Origin: Bacteroidota bacterium
GTDB lineage: Bacteria > Bacteroidota > Bacteroidia > Cytophagales > Hymenobacteraceae
Length of the DNA stretch: 25,914 nt
Assembly (NCBI GenBank): GCA_023424725.1
Contig: JAFADQ010000358.1
Span: forward strand, 1 to 25,914
Reading direction: 5' to 3'
The notes under the pieces are model-generated. The model was not told the origin of the DNA. It searched no databases and saw only the letters and a list, made by a program, of their open reading frames with translations. Shown piece after piece: positions 8,898 through 18,119 of this stretch. Each line of letters starts with the position of its first letter. Position 1 is the first letter of the stretch. Both the position numbers and the translations under genes were made by a program.

Positions 8898-9231
8898 ACA
8901 ATTTGAAGTCTGGATTGCTGATTTAAATCCACGTATTGGCACAGAAGCCGGTAAAACAAGGCCTGTAGTAATTATTCAAACAGATTTGCTTAATAGCTCG
9001 CACCCGTATACACTAGTTTGCCCGGTAACTACACAGGTAAACCCGGAGGCCGAGATTTTGCGGGTAAATTTAGAAAAGGGGGTAGCGAATCTAAAAGAAA
9101 CCTGCGACATAATGATTGACCAAATAAGAGCGATAGACAATTCCCGTTTTCTGAAAAAAATTGGCAATCTGCCTCCATCGCTTATTCAGCGGGTAAAAGA
9201 TAACCTTAAAGTAGTGCTGGACCTGGAGTAA
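8887..9231 (+). CDS. PemK/MazF-family type II toxin (endoribonuclease)
   Basis: EVWIADLNPRIGTEAGKTRPVVIIQ...VCPVTT...DQIRAID..RF. Confidence 0.93.
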   Translation: MKCKQFEVWIADLNPRIGTEAGKTRPVVIIQTDLLNSSHPYTLVCPVTTQVNPEAEILRVNLEKGVANLKETCDIMIDQIRAIDNSRFLKKIGNLPPSLIQRVKDNLKVVLDLE

Positions 9232-9276
9232 ACTTGTTTCGTCTTCAACCTACTTTTTATTTCCAATCAAAATTAA

Positions 9277-9840
9277 ATGACAGAACCAACTCCCGCCTTC
9301 CGCCCTGTTTCTTACTCCCGCACTACGCTTACCGAGCTGATGATACCGGCCTATGCCAACTTCGGCGGCAAAATCCACGGCGGTACGCTGCTTTCGTTAA
9401 TGGATAAAGTGGCTTACGCCTGCGCCGCCAAACACGCCGGCAATTATTGTGTTACTGTAACGGTAGATAATGTGCATTTTCTGCAGCCGATAGAGGTGGG
9501 CGAGCTGGTATCTTTAATGGCGAGCGTAAATTATGTGGGCAACACTTCGCTGATGGTAGGAATAAAAGTAATTGCCGAAAACGTAAAAACCGGAATTGTA
9601 AAGCACACCAACACGAGTTACTTTACCATGGTAGCCAAAGGCGACGACGACAAAAAGGCTGTGGTGCCCGGTTTATTGCTCGAGACAGACCAGGAAGTAC
9701 GCCGGTTTATAGAAGCCATAGAGCGGCGCAAGGCAAAGCAGGTATCGGAAGAAACGTTTCAACGAGCCAAAAGAAACATAGGCATAGAAGAGGCGCGGCA
9801 ACTATTACAAGGGCACAGATGCAAAATTTCTACTCTGTAA
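9277..9840 (+). CDS. Acyl-CoA thioesterase (hotdog fold, YciA-like)
   Basis: ANFGGKIHGGTLLSLMDKVA...VTVTVDNVHFLQPIEVG...YFTMVA. Confidence 0.92.
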   Translation: MTEPTPAFRPVSYSRTTLTELMIPAYANFGGKIHGGTLLSLMDKVAYACAAKHAGNYCVTVTVDNVHFLQPIEVGELVSLMASVNYVGNTSLMVGIKVIAENVKTGIVKHTNTSYFTMVAKGDDDKKAVVPGLLLETDQEVRRFIEAIERRKAKQVSEETFQRAKRNIGIEEARQLLQGHRCKISTL

Positions 9841-9954
9841 TTTCCCCGCCATATTATCATAGTTTGCCCGGTTACAAAATATTAGGCTGAGATGGCCGGT
9901 TTTTTGCCCGCCACAGCCTAATAATTTAAGTTGGTACTTTAATTAATCTGCGCA

Positions 9955-10660
9955 TTAAAACCTGATACCGCCCTTAAAGCCATACCAGCCTGGTACATTT
10001 ACTTTGTTGTGTGTATTGTTGAGCGTGTACCAACCTGGCGATAATGTAGAAGGAGCGTTATCGTTTGCTGTTTCTGTAAAAGTTTTGGGGCGGTTGCGGT
10101 GGGCGTGAGGCAAGAAAACGTTTACCGTTGGGCCTACAAATAAACTGGTTTTTTTGCCGGGCAGCACACCAAAAGCAGGTTTATGCTGGCCAGGCAAATT
10201 CAGCTTCTTGCCCAGACAACCATCGCGGCGCACTTGCAGCGCCGTTACATCTAAACGTAAGCTTTAACGGCGCGATAGTTTAAACCCGCTGCCCTTACCA
10301 TAACCATAACTCCGGGTAGCAATATTGTTATCGGTGCGGCCGCCTACGGTAAAAATATTATACAGTTTGTGCGTGCCTGTTTTGTAAGAAATGTTGCCAT
10401 GAAATGTTTCGTTTCCCGAAAGTTCTATCCGGCGGTAGCCATGTCTGGCAATGCTCAGAAAACCAAATTGCACGCCCGATACCCTATGGGCAAAATTTAT
10501 AAAACCAATTTGCGGGCCTTTTACTACTTTGGCTTTGTTAAAAAAAACATATATCTGCGAGCCGGGAACGGTATTGGTTGCCAGGTTCATAAAACCGGCA
10601 AACTGGCCGCGCCATGCCCTGCACGTAATTTATAAAACCGCTTAACTGGGCGCCATACAT
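9955..10660 (-). pseudogene. Decayed surface-repeat/outer-membrane protein gene (G-x-Q-x-x-G-F-x-N repeats plus beta-rich C-terminus)
   Basis: MYGAQLSGFINY, a frameshift near 10610, then GQFAGFMNLA..GPQIGFINFA..GVQFGFLSIA; in-frame TAA at 10264-10266; ends GWYGFKGGIRF. No signal peptide or N-terminal part is present. Confidence 0.7.
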
Positions 10661-10735
10661 AAAATCAACAGGCTGTAATGCCTAAAAATATGGCCGCTAC
10701 AGCATAAGGGCAAGCACCAGAGCCAGCTTCAGCGT

Positions 10736-12793
10736 TTATACTCCGGGTACCTGCACCTCTATTTGTTTGGGGTACAGAATTATAAAGTTGTTTTCTTTAA
10801 AGTACATAGACAGGTAGTAAGGCAACTTAAGCAGCGCAGGCTGAAAAGACGGAAATCCCTCGCGCGACGAAACGATTACGAACATATCGTCTTTGTTTAG
10901 CTCTCTGCTGAAAATCAGGAAGTCTTCCCAACGCTCAAACTCCTCAAAAGATATTTTTACCTGGGTTATGTCTACGCCTTCTACCCGCTTAAGCTCGGTA
11001 ATTGTGTCGGGGTGGGCGTGTATTTGCAAGGCAATGCCGGCTTCTTTGCCTATCAGCACCAGTTTAGAGAACCAGTGAGCAAAGCCGGCTTCCAGCTCGG
11101 CGCAGGGAGTTACGGCCACCACCATTTTTTTTATGGTGTTGTAAGGTTGCACCGAGCGCAGCACAAAAATGGTTTCGGAGGTGCGGCTAAGCACATGCTC
11201 TGTTACGGGCCCCAGAAAATCCTGCTTGTCGGGGTCTGAGTGCAACCCGATAATAAGATCTGATACGCCCTGCTCTTTTATGGTATACACCATGCCGTTG
11301 CCCACATTGGTATCGAAGCGGCTAATAGGCGTGATAACATTTTCTGTGGCGGCGCCGTGGTTTATCGCGGCTTCCAGCATTTTTTTGCCCAGTGCCTGCT
11401 CTTTTCCGTCGTCGCTCTCGTCGCTTACCACATGCAAGGCCAGCACGGGGGCTTTGCTTTTCAGCGGCTTCAGCATCAGTGCGAAATCTACCAGCTGCGT
11501 TACAATTTCAGGATAGCCAAGCGAAATAAGTATTTTATCGTGTTCGGGCGGCGGCACTTTGGTGCTGTCTTCGTGGGCAACCATGCGGCGCGCGGTTTTC
11601 TCTACCACAAAAGAGCTCACGGCGCAGCTTACCAGTATTAGCAAAATAGTGCCGTTCAGCACGTCTTCGTTCAGCAGCCTTATGGGCTCGCCGCTTAATG
11701 TTTCGCCGATAATGATGTTGTATCCCACCAAAATAATGGCCAGCGTGGCGGCTGCATGCGAGGTGCTGAGCCCGAAAATAAGCATTCCTTCGTCTTTGGA
11801 TAGCTTAAATATTTTTTGTGTGATCCAGGCGGCCAGGTACTTGGTTACCACCGCCACCACCACAATTACGCCGGCTACTTTAAACGCGCCCCAGCCATTG
11901 GTAAGCACCGTAATATCTACCAGCATACCCACACTCAGCAGAAAAAACGGGATAAAAAGCGCATTGCCCACAAAGTCTATCCGGTTCATGAGGGGCGATG
12001 TATGGGGCACGAAAGTGTTTAGCACCAAGCCCGAAAAAAACGCGCCGATTATGGCTTCGAGGCCGGCGGCTTCGGCCAGGAACGAGGCCAGAAAAACAAT
12101 AGCCAGCACAAAAATGTACTGCGAAACGGAATCGTTGTAGGTTTTAAAAAACCAACGGATTATAACCGGGAAAAGAAAGAAAACAATGCCTACAAACACC
12201 AGCGACTTAATACCCAGCGTAGCCCAGAAAGTGGATGTAACTTCTTCTTTGGTCATTCCGGCCACCACAGCCAGAATAATAAGGGCCAGCACATCGGTAA
12301 TCATGGTGCCGCCCACGGTTAGGTTTACTGCCCGGTTGCGCGAAATACCGAATTTGCTGGTTATAGGATACGAAATAAGCGTGTGGGTAGAGAACATACT
12401 GGCCAGCAGCACCGATGCCGGCACAGAAAACCCAAGCACGTAATAGCTGGCCAGCACACCACCCGCAAGCGGCAGAATAAAGGTAGTAAGGCCAAAAACC
12501 ATGATCTTGTTCCGGTTTTTCTTAAACTCGGTAAGATCTATCTCCAGCCCGGCCAGAAACATGATATAGAGCAAACCCACCGTGCCGAAAGGCACGATGC
12601 TGCTGTCGCGCAGCAGCAGGTTAAGCCCGTAAGGCCCCACAATTACGCCGGCCAGAATAAGGCCAATTACGTGCGGCACCTTTACCTTATTAAACAGGAT
12701 GGGCGCGAAAAGAATAATAAACAACACCAGCGAAAAAATGATCACCGGATTTTGCAAAGGCAGCGCGAAACTTATCTCACTCAATAACACCAT
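10736..12793 (-). CDS. Cation:proton antiporter (CPA2 family) with C-terminal USP-like cytoplasmic region
   Basis: GLILAGVIVGP, GLLYIMFLAGLEID, IIGAFFSGL, FIPFFLLSVGM; about 12 TM segments then a soluble domain of about 270 aa. Confidence 0.92.
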   Translation of the reverse strand: MVLLSEISFALPLQNPVIIFSLVLFIILFAPILFNKVKVPHVIGLILAGVIVGPYGLNLLLRDSSIVPFGTVGLLYIMFLAGLEIDLTEFKKNRNKIMVFGLTTFILPLAGGVLASYYVLGFSVPASVLLASMFSTHTLISYPITSKFGISRNRAVNLTVGGTMITDVLALIILAVVAGMTKEEVTSTFWATLGIKSLVFVGIVFFLFPVIIRWFFKTYNDSVSQYIFVLAIVFLASFLAEAAGLEAIIGAFFSGLVLNTFVPHTSPLMNRIDFVGNALFIPFFLLSVGMLVDITVLTNGWGAFKVAGVIVVVAVVTKYLAAWITQKIFKLSKDEGMLIFGLSTSHAAATLAIILVGYNIIIGETLSGEPIRLLNEDVLNGTILLILVSCAVSSFVVEKTARRMVAHEDSTKVPPPEHDKILISLGYPEIVTQLVDFALMLKPLKSKAPVLALHVVSDESDDGKEQALGKKMLEAAINHGAATENVITPISRFDTNVGNGMVYTIKEQGVSDLIIGLHSDPDKQDFLGPVTEHVLSRTSETIFVLRSVQPYNTIKKMVVAVTPCAELEAGFAHWFSKLVLIGKEAGIALQIHAHPDTITELKRVEGVDITQVKISFEEFERWEDFLIFSRELNKDDMFVIVSSREGFPSFQPALLKLPYYLSMYFKENNFIILYPKQIEVQVPGV

Positions 12794-12815
12794 ATAAAAA
12801 ATATTGAGCTGAATT

Positions 12816-13409
12816 TTAGCGGGTAAGCGTTAAGGAATAAACAATACGGCAGCCACCTTCGCGCAATATCTCGCGCTTACCGCCTACGCTGTTTTTATCG
12901 GCCGGATTAAGGCGCACCACAATTTTGGTGGCCTGCACAGATTCTGTTCCTTCTACGGTGGCGGTAAGTTCTATCACACTGTTTTTAGAGTTCTCGCCGG
13001 TATAAATGCGCACCACTTTATTGCCCGCCATAGCTTTTGCCACCAGGTGGTTTTGCTCGTAGGTAATTTCCCAGATCTCTGTTTTGGTATCGCCTACAGC
13101 CGATCCGGCACAAGTGGTTTCGGTGCAGGTCATTACCACATTCCAGCGGCCAAGTATGGTGGGGTGGTGCAAAACGGTGCTGTCTAAAAGTATAAAAGAG
13201 CTATCGAGCTGCTGCTGTTTTTTCTGCAGTTCTTCTTCCAACTGTTTAAGCGCCTTGGCACGCAGGTCCAGCGCGCTTTCCTGCTCCATTAAAGCCTGCC
13301 TTTTCTGGGCCAGCATTGCCTCGCTTCTTCTTAAATTTTCTTCGCGTTCCTGAAAACCGCATCCTGTGAGTAAAAACAAGAGCAGAAAGAAATTTAAAAA
13401 GTTTTTCAT
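12816..13409 (-). CDS. Hypothetical lipoprotein with coiled-coil stalk and C-terminal beta domain
   Basis: Lipobox LLTGC; Q/E/K/L-rich heptad segment; GRWNVVMTC...C. Start could be 13415 or 13409. Confidence 0.75.
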   Translation of the reverse strand: MKNFLNFFLLLFLLTGCGFQEREENLRRSEAMLAQKRQALMEQESALDLRAKALKQLEEELQKKQQQLDSSFILLDSTVLHHPTILGRWNVVMTCTETTCAGSAVGDTKTEIWEITYEQNHLVAKAMAGNKVVRIYTGENSKNSVIELTATVEGTESVQATKIVVRLNPADKNSVGGKREILREGGCRIVYSLTLTR

Positions 13410-13541
13410 GGGCATATTGCTGTGGGCCGGCCCGTTTAACAGGGCCTGATGAGTTTTTAGCTTTCCGGCAAAAATATAGTTTTTATAACAGGTTTAGCGA
13501 CTTATTGTTCGTAAAAAAACCCTGCGAGGGCCAAAAACGCC

Positions 13542-14630
13542 TTAACCAGCAGGCAAAATGGCCGGCTGTGGCGGCTGCCCGTTCTGGTTTACCATAAACA
13601 GCGTGCGGGTGGGGTGGGCAAACTTTATCCCGTGGTCGGCAAAGCGCTTAAACATGGCCAGGTTTATGGCCTGCTGCACATCCATGTATTTATTAAAATC
13701 GGAACTGAGGATGATGTACACTACTTCAAAATCGAGGCTTGACTCGCCGTAAGATTTAAAGTGCGCCCGATCAAACAAAACTTCTTCCTGAGCCTCTACT
13801 ATTTGCTTTATCATTTCCGGAATTTGCTGCAGTTGCTCCAGCGTGGTTTGGTAAACCACCTTAAAACCAAACACAATGCGGCGGCGCTCCATGCGCTTGT
13901 AATTGTGTATGCGCGAGCCCGTTAGGTCGGAATTAGAAAACACGAGCTGCTCGCCCGAAAGCGCTTTTATACGGGTGGTTTTTATGCCTATGTAATCTAC
14001 GGTGCCGCTTTTTTCGTCTATCACCACAAAATCGCCAACCTCAAACGGGCGGTCGAAAAAGATAACGAAGTAGTTAAACAAATCGCCCAGTATGTTTTGC
14101 GCCGCCAGTGCTATCGCGATACCGCCAATACCCAAACCGGTAATAACGGCGGTAACATCGTAGCCCATGTTGTCGAACAGGAAAATGAGGCCAATCGTCC
14201 AGACAACAATATTGATGATGAGCATAATGCCGCCCAGCTGTTTCACTTTGTCTTCGCCGCGCTCTTGCCGGCTCACATAGCTGCGCAGCAACACAAAAAG
14301 TACCGACGATATAAGCCTGATTAACAGATATGTAATTGCAAACGTAACGGCAATGCGCAGAATTGCCTCGCCGCGCGCCGGAAGCGTAAGCGAGCTTAGC
14401 CCCAGGTAAATTACCCCGAAGTGAAGCGCCGGAATACCAAACCGCTCGATTCCTTCTATTATAAAATCATCGAAATGCGTATGCGTTTGGCCGGTCCATT
14501 TTTTTATACGGTTAAGAATGGTTCGTTTAAACGCTTTTATCACCGACATGCCAATAATAATAATGGCGGCGGCTATTATGTAATCGAGAAGTGTGTTGTG
14601 AAAATATACCCGGTCGAATAGGTCGCTCAT
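13542..14630 (-). CDS. mscS: Small-conductance mechanosensitive channel (MscS family)
   Basis: GLGIGGIAIALAAQNILGD, FDRPFEVGDFV, GTVDYIGIKTTRIK, GIKFAHPT. Confidence 0.93.
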   Translation of the reverse strand: MSDLFDRVYFHNTLLDYIIAAAIIIIGMSVIKAFKRTILNRIKKWTGQTHTHFDDFIIEGIERFGIPALHFGVIYLGLSSLTLPARGEAILRIAVTFAITYLLIRLISSVLFVLLRSYVSRQERGEDKVKQLGGIMLIINIVVWTIGLIFLFDNMGYDVTAVITGLGIGGIAIALAAQNILGDLFNYFVIFFDRPFEVGDFVVIDEKSGTVDYIGIKTTRIKALSGEQLVFSNSDLTGSRIHNYKRMERRRIVFGFKVVYQTTLEQLQQIPEMIKQIVEAQEEVLFDRAHFKSYGESSLDFEVVYIILSSDFNKYMDVQQAINLAMFKRFADHGIKFAHPTRTLFMVNQNGQPPQPAILPAG

Positions 14631-14868
14631 TTTATATTTCTTTGTTTATATTTATGTCGCTAACAAAAACTAAACGGTTTTGCGGGGCAAAAAATAGCGC
14701 CGCGGCTGCTTTTGTTCTTGCCTGGTACTGCCCGCGAAGTTAGCAAAGTCATTTTTAACCGGGCTTTATAGCACCTTTTTAAGCCTATTTGCCAGCCAAT
14801 ATCCGGCATAACAAAAGTGCCGCCGCTACAGTAAACACTAATTCTGTTTGCCACCAACTGTTTCGCCT

Positions 14869-15951
14869 ATGAAAAAGCCCCGGCAATTCTCAGCTCTCAC
14901 AGGCCTGATTTCGGGCCTTGCAGCTATTTTGTTTTTTGCAGAACAGGCAATGGCGCAGGCGCTGGGAACTACACATTATTGCAAGGTTACGGTAAAACCC
15001 GAGGTAGAGATTTTTTCTGTAGTAGATTACCTGGGCCGTGGCAAGCGCGATATGTCGTTGCCCTCTGATTATAAAACGGCAGTAGAAGCGCAGTTCCGCC
15101 AGTTCCAAAAGCACCCGGCAATAAAGTATTGGCAAACCCTACAAAAAAAGCACAACCTGCTGCCCGGCGATGCCGGACTTATGTTTTCGGCTGAACAGGG
15201 CCGCTTTTTGCTCTCTGCAGATGCTGGCAAATCTGGGAAAGCAACCATAAAACCAGCCGAGTGGCAGCAGCTAGAGGAACATATCAGCAGCTTCGCGGCT
15301 AAGTCGGGGTTTCAGGATTTTCACGAAGCAAACAAATCCCGTTACCAGCAATGGCAAAACGAGCTGCAAACCGCTATAGACGATAAGAGTTATCATTATA
15401 AACTGCTAACCTTTATGGGCTCTAAAAAGAGTTTTGAGGTGCACCCCGACCCGCTCGATGCCTGGGGCACGTACCAGGTAAGCGGCCAAAACCCTGGCAA
15501 AGTTTTGCTGGTGTGGGGCTACGCCAAAAACCCCGATAAAAGCGCGGCCGGGCCACCTCATTTTGCCGATAGCGCCATGCTAAACAACACTCTCTGGCAC
15601 GAAATGGCGCATACCTACATTCACCCGCTGGTAATGCAACAGGCTGCGGAGCTCAAAAAATTGCCCGCTACAGACAAAGTGCGCCGCAACGCCAGCCGCT
15701 ATTACGAGTTAACCCCAGAAGTTGCCATTAACGAATTGCTGGTACGGGGCATGGTAGCAAGCCTTACAAGGCAGCACTTTGGAGATGCCGCCGCCGAACG
15801 CGAAATAAAGCGGCAGCTAAAAACCTTTGGCTACGATATTGCAGAAACTGAACGCCTGCTCAGCCAAAACTACCTTAAAAACCGCGGCAAATTCCCCACC
15901 ATAGAATCGTTTTTTCCGGTGCTGATAGCCCAGTTCGAGGCGCAGCCGTAA
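14869..15951 (+). CDS. Secreted DUF4932-like protein with HEXXH motif
   Basis: Signal peptide (ATG 14869 preferred over TTG 14848); PEVEIFSVVDYL; WHEMAHTYIHP...INELLVRG; C-terminal YLKNRGKFPTIESFFP. Confidence 0.72.
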   Translation: MKKPRQFSALTGLISGLAAILFFAEQAMAQALGTTHYCKVTVKPEVEIFSVVDYLGRGKRDMSLPSDYKTAVEAQFRQFQKHPAIKYWQTLQKKHNLLPGDAGLMFSAEQGRFLLSADAGKSGKATIKPAEWQQLEEHISSFAAKSGFQDFHEANKSRYQQWQNELQTAIDDKSYHYKLLTFMGSKKSFEVHPDPLDAWGTYQVSGQNPGKVLLVWGYAKNPDKSAAGPPHFADSAMLNNTLWHEMAHTYIHPLVMQQAAELKKLPATDKVRRNASRYYELTPEVAINELLVRGMVASLTRQHFGDAAAEREIKRQLKTFGYDIAETERLLSQNYLKNRGKFPTIESFFPVLIAQFEAQP

Positions 15952-15955
15952 GCCT

Positions 15956-18097
15956 ATGCCTGATACAAAACCACCTATTCTATTTTATCGCTCAACAATT
16001 CTATCGGTGGCTTTTTGGGTTGTAACAGGCTTCTTTTTGCACCCCGCAGCTTTTGCAAACCGAACTGTAGAGTGGGCAACTTACTTTGGCGGCGAAGAAG
16101 TTACCCAAGGCCATGAGGTAAAAACCGACCGGCAGGGAAATGTTTACATTGTAGGCCCAACTAAAAGCCTGAACAATATTGCTACCGCTGGCGCCCATCA
16201 GACAATTCTTGCAGGCGATCAGGATTTGTTTCTGGCAAAATTCTCTTCTGATGGCCATTTACTTTGGGCTACTTACCTGGGCGGCGAAGACACAGAATGG
16301 GATCAGCGGTTTGCCATAGATACACTCGGGAATGCCTATGTTGCCGGCACAACCCGAAGCACTACCAATATAGCAACCTCCGGCACACACAAATCACAAA
16401 TTAGCAGCAGTTTCGCCGATGCGTTTATAATGAAATTCTCGCCTGATGGCGTGCAGTTATGGGGAACCTACTTTGGCGGCGCGGGCGTAGAGCAATTACA
16501 TGGGCTTTCTGTAGATCCTGAGCAAAATTTAATAATTGCAGGCCGCACCAGCTCTGCCGGTATTGCTACTGCCGGCGCTCTGCAGCCACAACTTACAGAC
16601 TCTTCTATTGCCGGTTTTATAGCTAAATTTTCTGCCTCCGGTGCGCTGGTTTGGAGCACTTACTACAACGGACTGGCGTATATAACCGGCGATGTAACTA
16701 CTGATTCGCACGGAAACATTTACACCGCCGCAAGAGCAAGAAATAATCCTAATCTGGTGGCAACACCCGGAGCCCACCAGATGTTGCCGGGCAGCGATTG
16801 GGATATTTTTCTGATTAAGCTATCGCCGGATGGAAACCTGTTGTGGGCTAGTTTTTTTGGCGGAGAAAATTGGGAAGATATATTCACTTTGGCTACCGAT
16901 TCTGCCGATAATTTATACATGGCCGGCTTTACCAGAAGCAATACCGGCATTGCAACTCCAGGCGCTTTCTCTGCTACAAATAAAGGCGCCGACGATGGTT
17001 TTTTAGCTAAATTTACCTCTGCAGGCCAGTTAAGCTGGGCTACCTATTTTGGCGGCGCAGAGCCAGAAAGAATTTTAGATATAGAGCCTGGAGCCGGAAA
17101 CAGCATTTTTATTACAGGTAATACCCGGAGTACCTCGGCCATTGCAACTGCCGGTGCGCATCAGCAACAATTAAACGGAATCAGCGATGGTTTTATCGCA
17201 GAGTTTTCAACCTCTGGAAATCTGGAATGGGCAACTTATTTTGGCGGCGAGAACTCTGATGTTGGCTTGGGTTTAGCTGTTTCGGCAGAAGTGGTGTACA
17301 TGGCAGGGCGTTCGCAAAGTACCGGCTTTGTGGCAACACAAGGCTCGCATCAGCCTGCTCTGGCAGGATCATTAAATGCCATTTTGGTAAAATTCGCTAC
17401 CTGCACCGGCCAGCTACCTATTTCTCTTGGCGCCGATACAACTATTTGTGAAGGCGAGACTGTTTTGCTGCAGACCGGCCAGCCAGGCGCCAGCCATATC
17501 TGGAGCACCGGAGCCACAGGCGCTACTATAGAGGTTAGCACAACGGGGCACTATTGGGTTCAGGCATGGGAGCCGGGCAAGTGCCGAATCTCAGATACGG
17601 TTTCGGTGCAGGTGATTCCGATTCCGGATATTTATTTAGGGCCCGACCTGATACATTGCTCCGACAACCCGGCAACATTATCTGCAACCGCTCCACCAGC
17701 ACAATACACCTATTTATGGAGCACAGGCGCCAGTTCTCCCGAAATTACGGCCACCGAACCGGGTGTTTACTGGGTACAGCTTACTCAGGAAAGCTGTTCT
17801 GCAACCGACACTGTTTTTGTAAGTTATGCTGATTGCAACTTCCACTTCCCCAATGTATTTACACCTAACAACGACTCGCATAACCAAACCTTTGTTATAA
17901 GCAATTCCGATAACACGGCGCTTTCTTTTAGTTGGCGGCTATCGGTATATAACCGTTGGGGGCAAAAAGTTTATAGCAACGATTACTATCAGAATAATTG
18001 GGAAGGAATAGGTTTAGCAGATGGCATTTATTATTATCTGGCGGAGAATGTGGAGCTGAGTAGACTGTTTAAAGGCTGGGTAGAAATACTTAGATAG
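15956..18097 (+). CDS. SBBP-repeat beta-propeller protein with Ig/PKD-like linkers and T9SS type B (gliding-motility-associated) C-terminal domain
   Basis: About seven repeats of WATYFGG...D..GN.Y..G.T.S...IAT.GAHQ...D.F..KF; LG.D...C...WSTGA modules; FPNVFTPNND...YNRWGQKVY...GIYYY...KGWVEILR. Confidence 0.9.
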   Translation: MPDTKPPILFYRSTILSVAFWVVTGFFLHPAAFANRTVEWATYFGGEEVTQGHEVKTDRQGNVYIVGPTKSLNNIATAGAHQTILAGDQDLFLAKFSSDGHLLWATYLGGEDTEWDQRFAIDTLGNAYVAGTTRSTTNIATSGTHKSQISSSFADAFIMKFSPDGVQLWGTYFGGAGVEQLHGLSVDPEQNLIIAGRTSSAGIATAGALQPQLTDSSIAGFIAKFSASGALVWSTYYNGLAYITGDVTTDSHGNIYTAARARNNPNLVATPGAHQMLPGSDWDIFLIKLSPDGNLLWASFFGGENWEDIFTLATDSADNLYMAGFTRSNTGIATPGAFSATNKGADDGFLAKFTSAGQLSWATYFGGAEPERILDIEPGAGNSIFITGNTRSTSAIATAGAHQQQLNGISDGFIAEFSTSGNLEWATYFGGENSDVGLGLAVSAEVVYMAGRSQSTGFVATQGSHQPALAGSLNAILVKFATCTGQLPISLGADTTICEGETVLLQTGQPGASHIWSTGATGATIEVSTTGHYWVQAWEPGKCRISDTVSVQVIPIPDIYLGPDLIHCSDNPATLSATAPPAQYTYLWSTGASSPEITATEPGVYWVQLTQESCSATDTVFVSYADCNFHFPNVFTPNNDSHNQTFVISNSDNTALSFSWRLSVYNRWGQKVYSNDYYQNNWEGIGLADGIYYYLAENVELSRLFKGWVEILR

Positions 18098-18119
18098 GCA
18101 GAATTAACCCCCTCTAACA

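Noticed and set aside
9880..9923. TATTAGGCTG/CAGCCTAATA inverted repeat
   Set aside because: Large imperfect interior and no clear U tract; at most a weak terminator between convergent genes.
6040..10266. TAA reassignment or read-through, suggested by two in-frame TAA stops (6040, 10264)
   Set aside because: TAA is the normal stop for most intact genes here, and the second gene also has a frameshift and a truncation.
16070..17250. Recurrent TGGGC..CTTA..TTTGGCGGCG DNA repeats
   Set aside because: Explained by the WATYFGG protein repeats of the SBBP propeller; not a DGR template/variable pair, and no reverse transcriptase is present.
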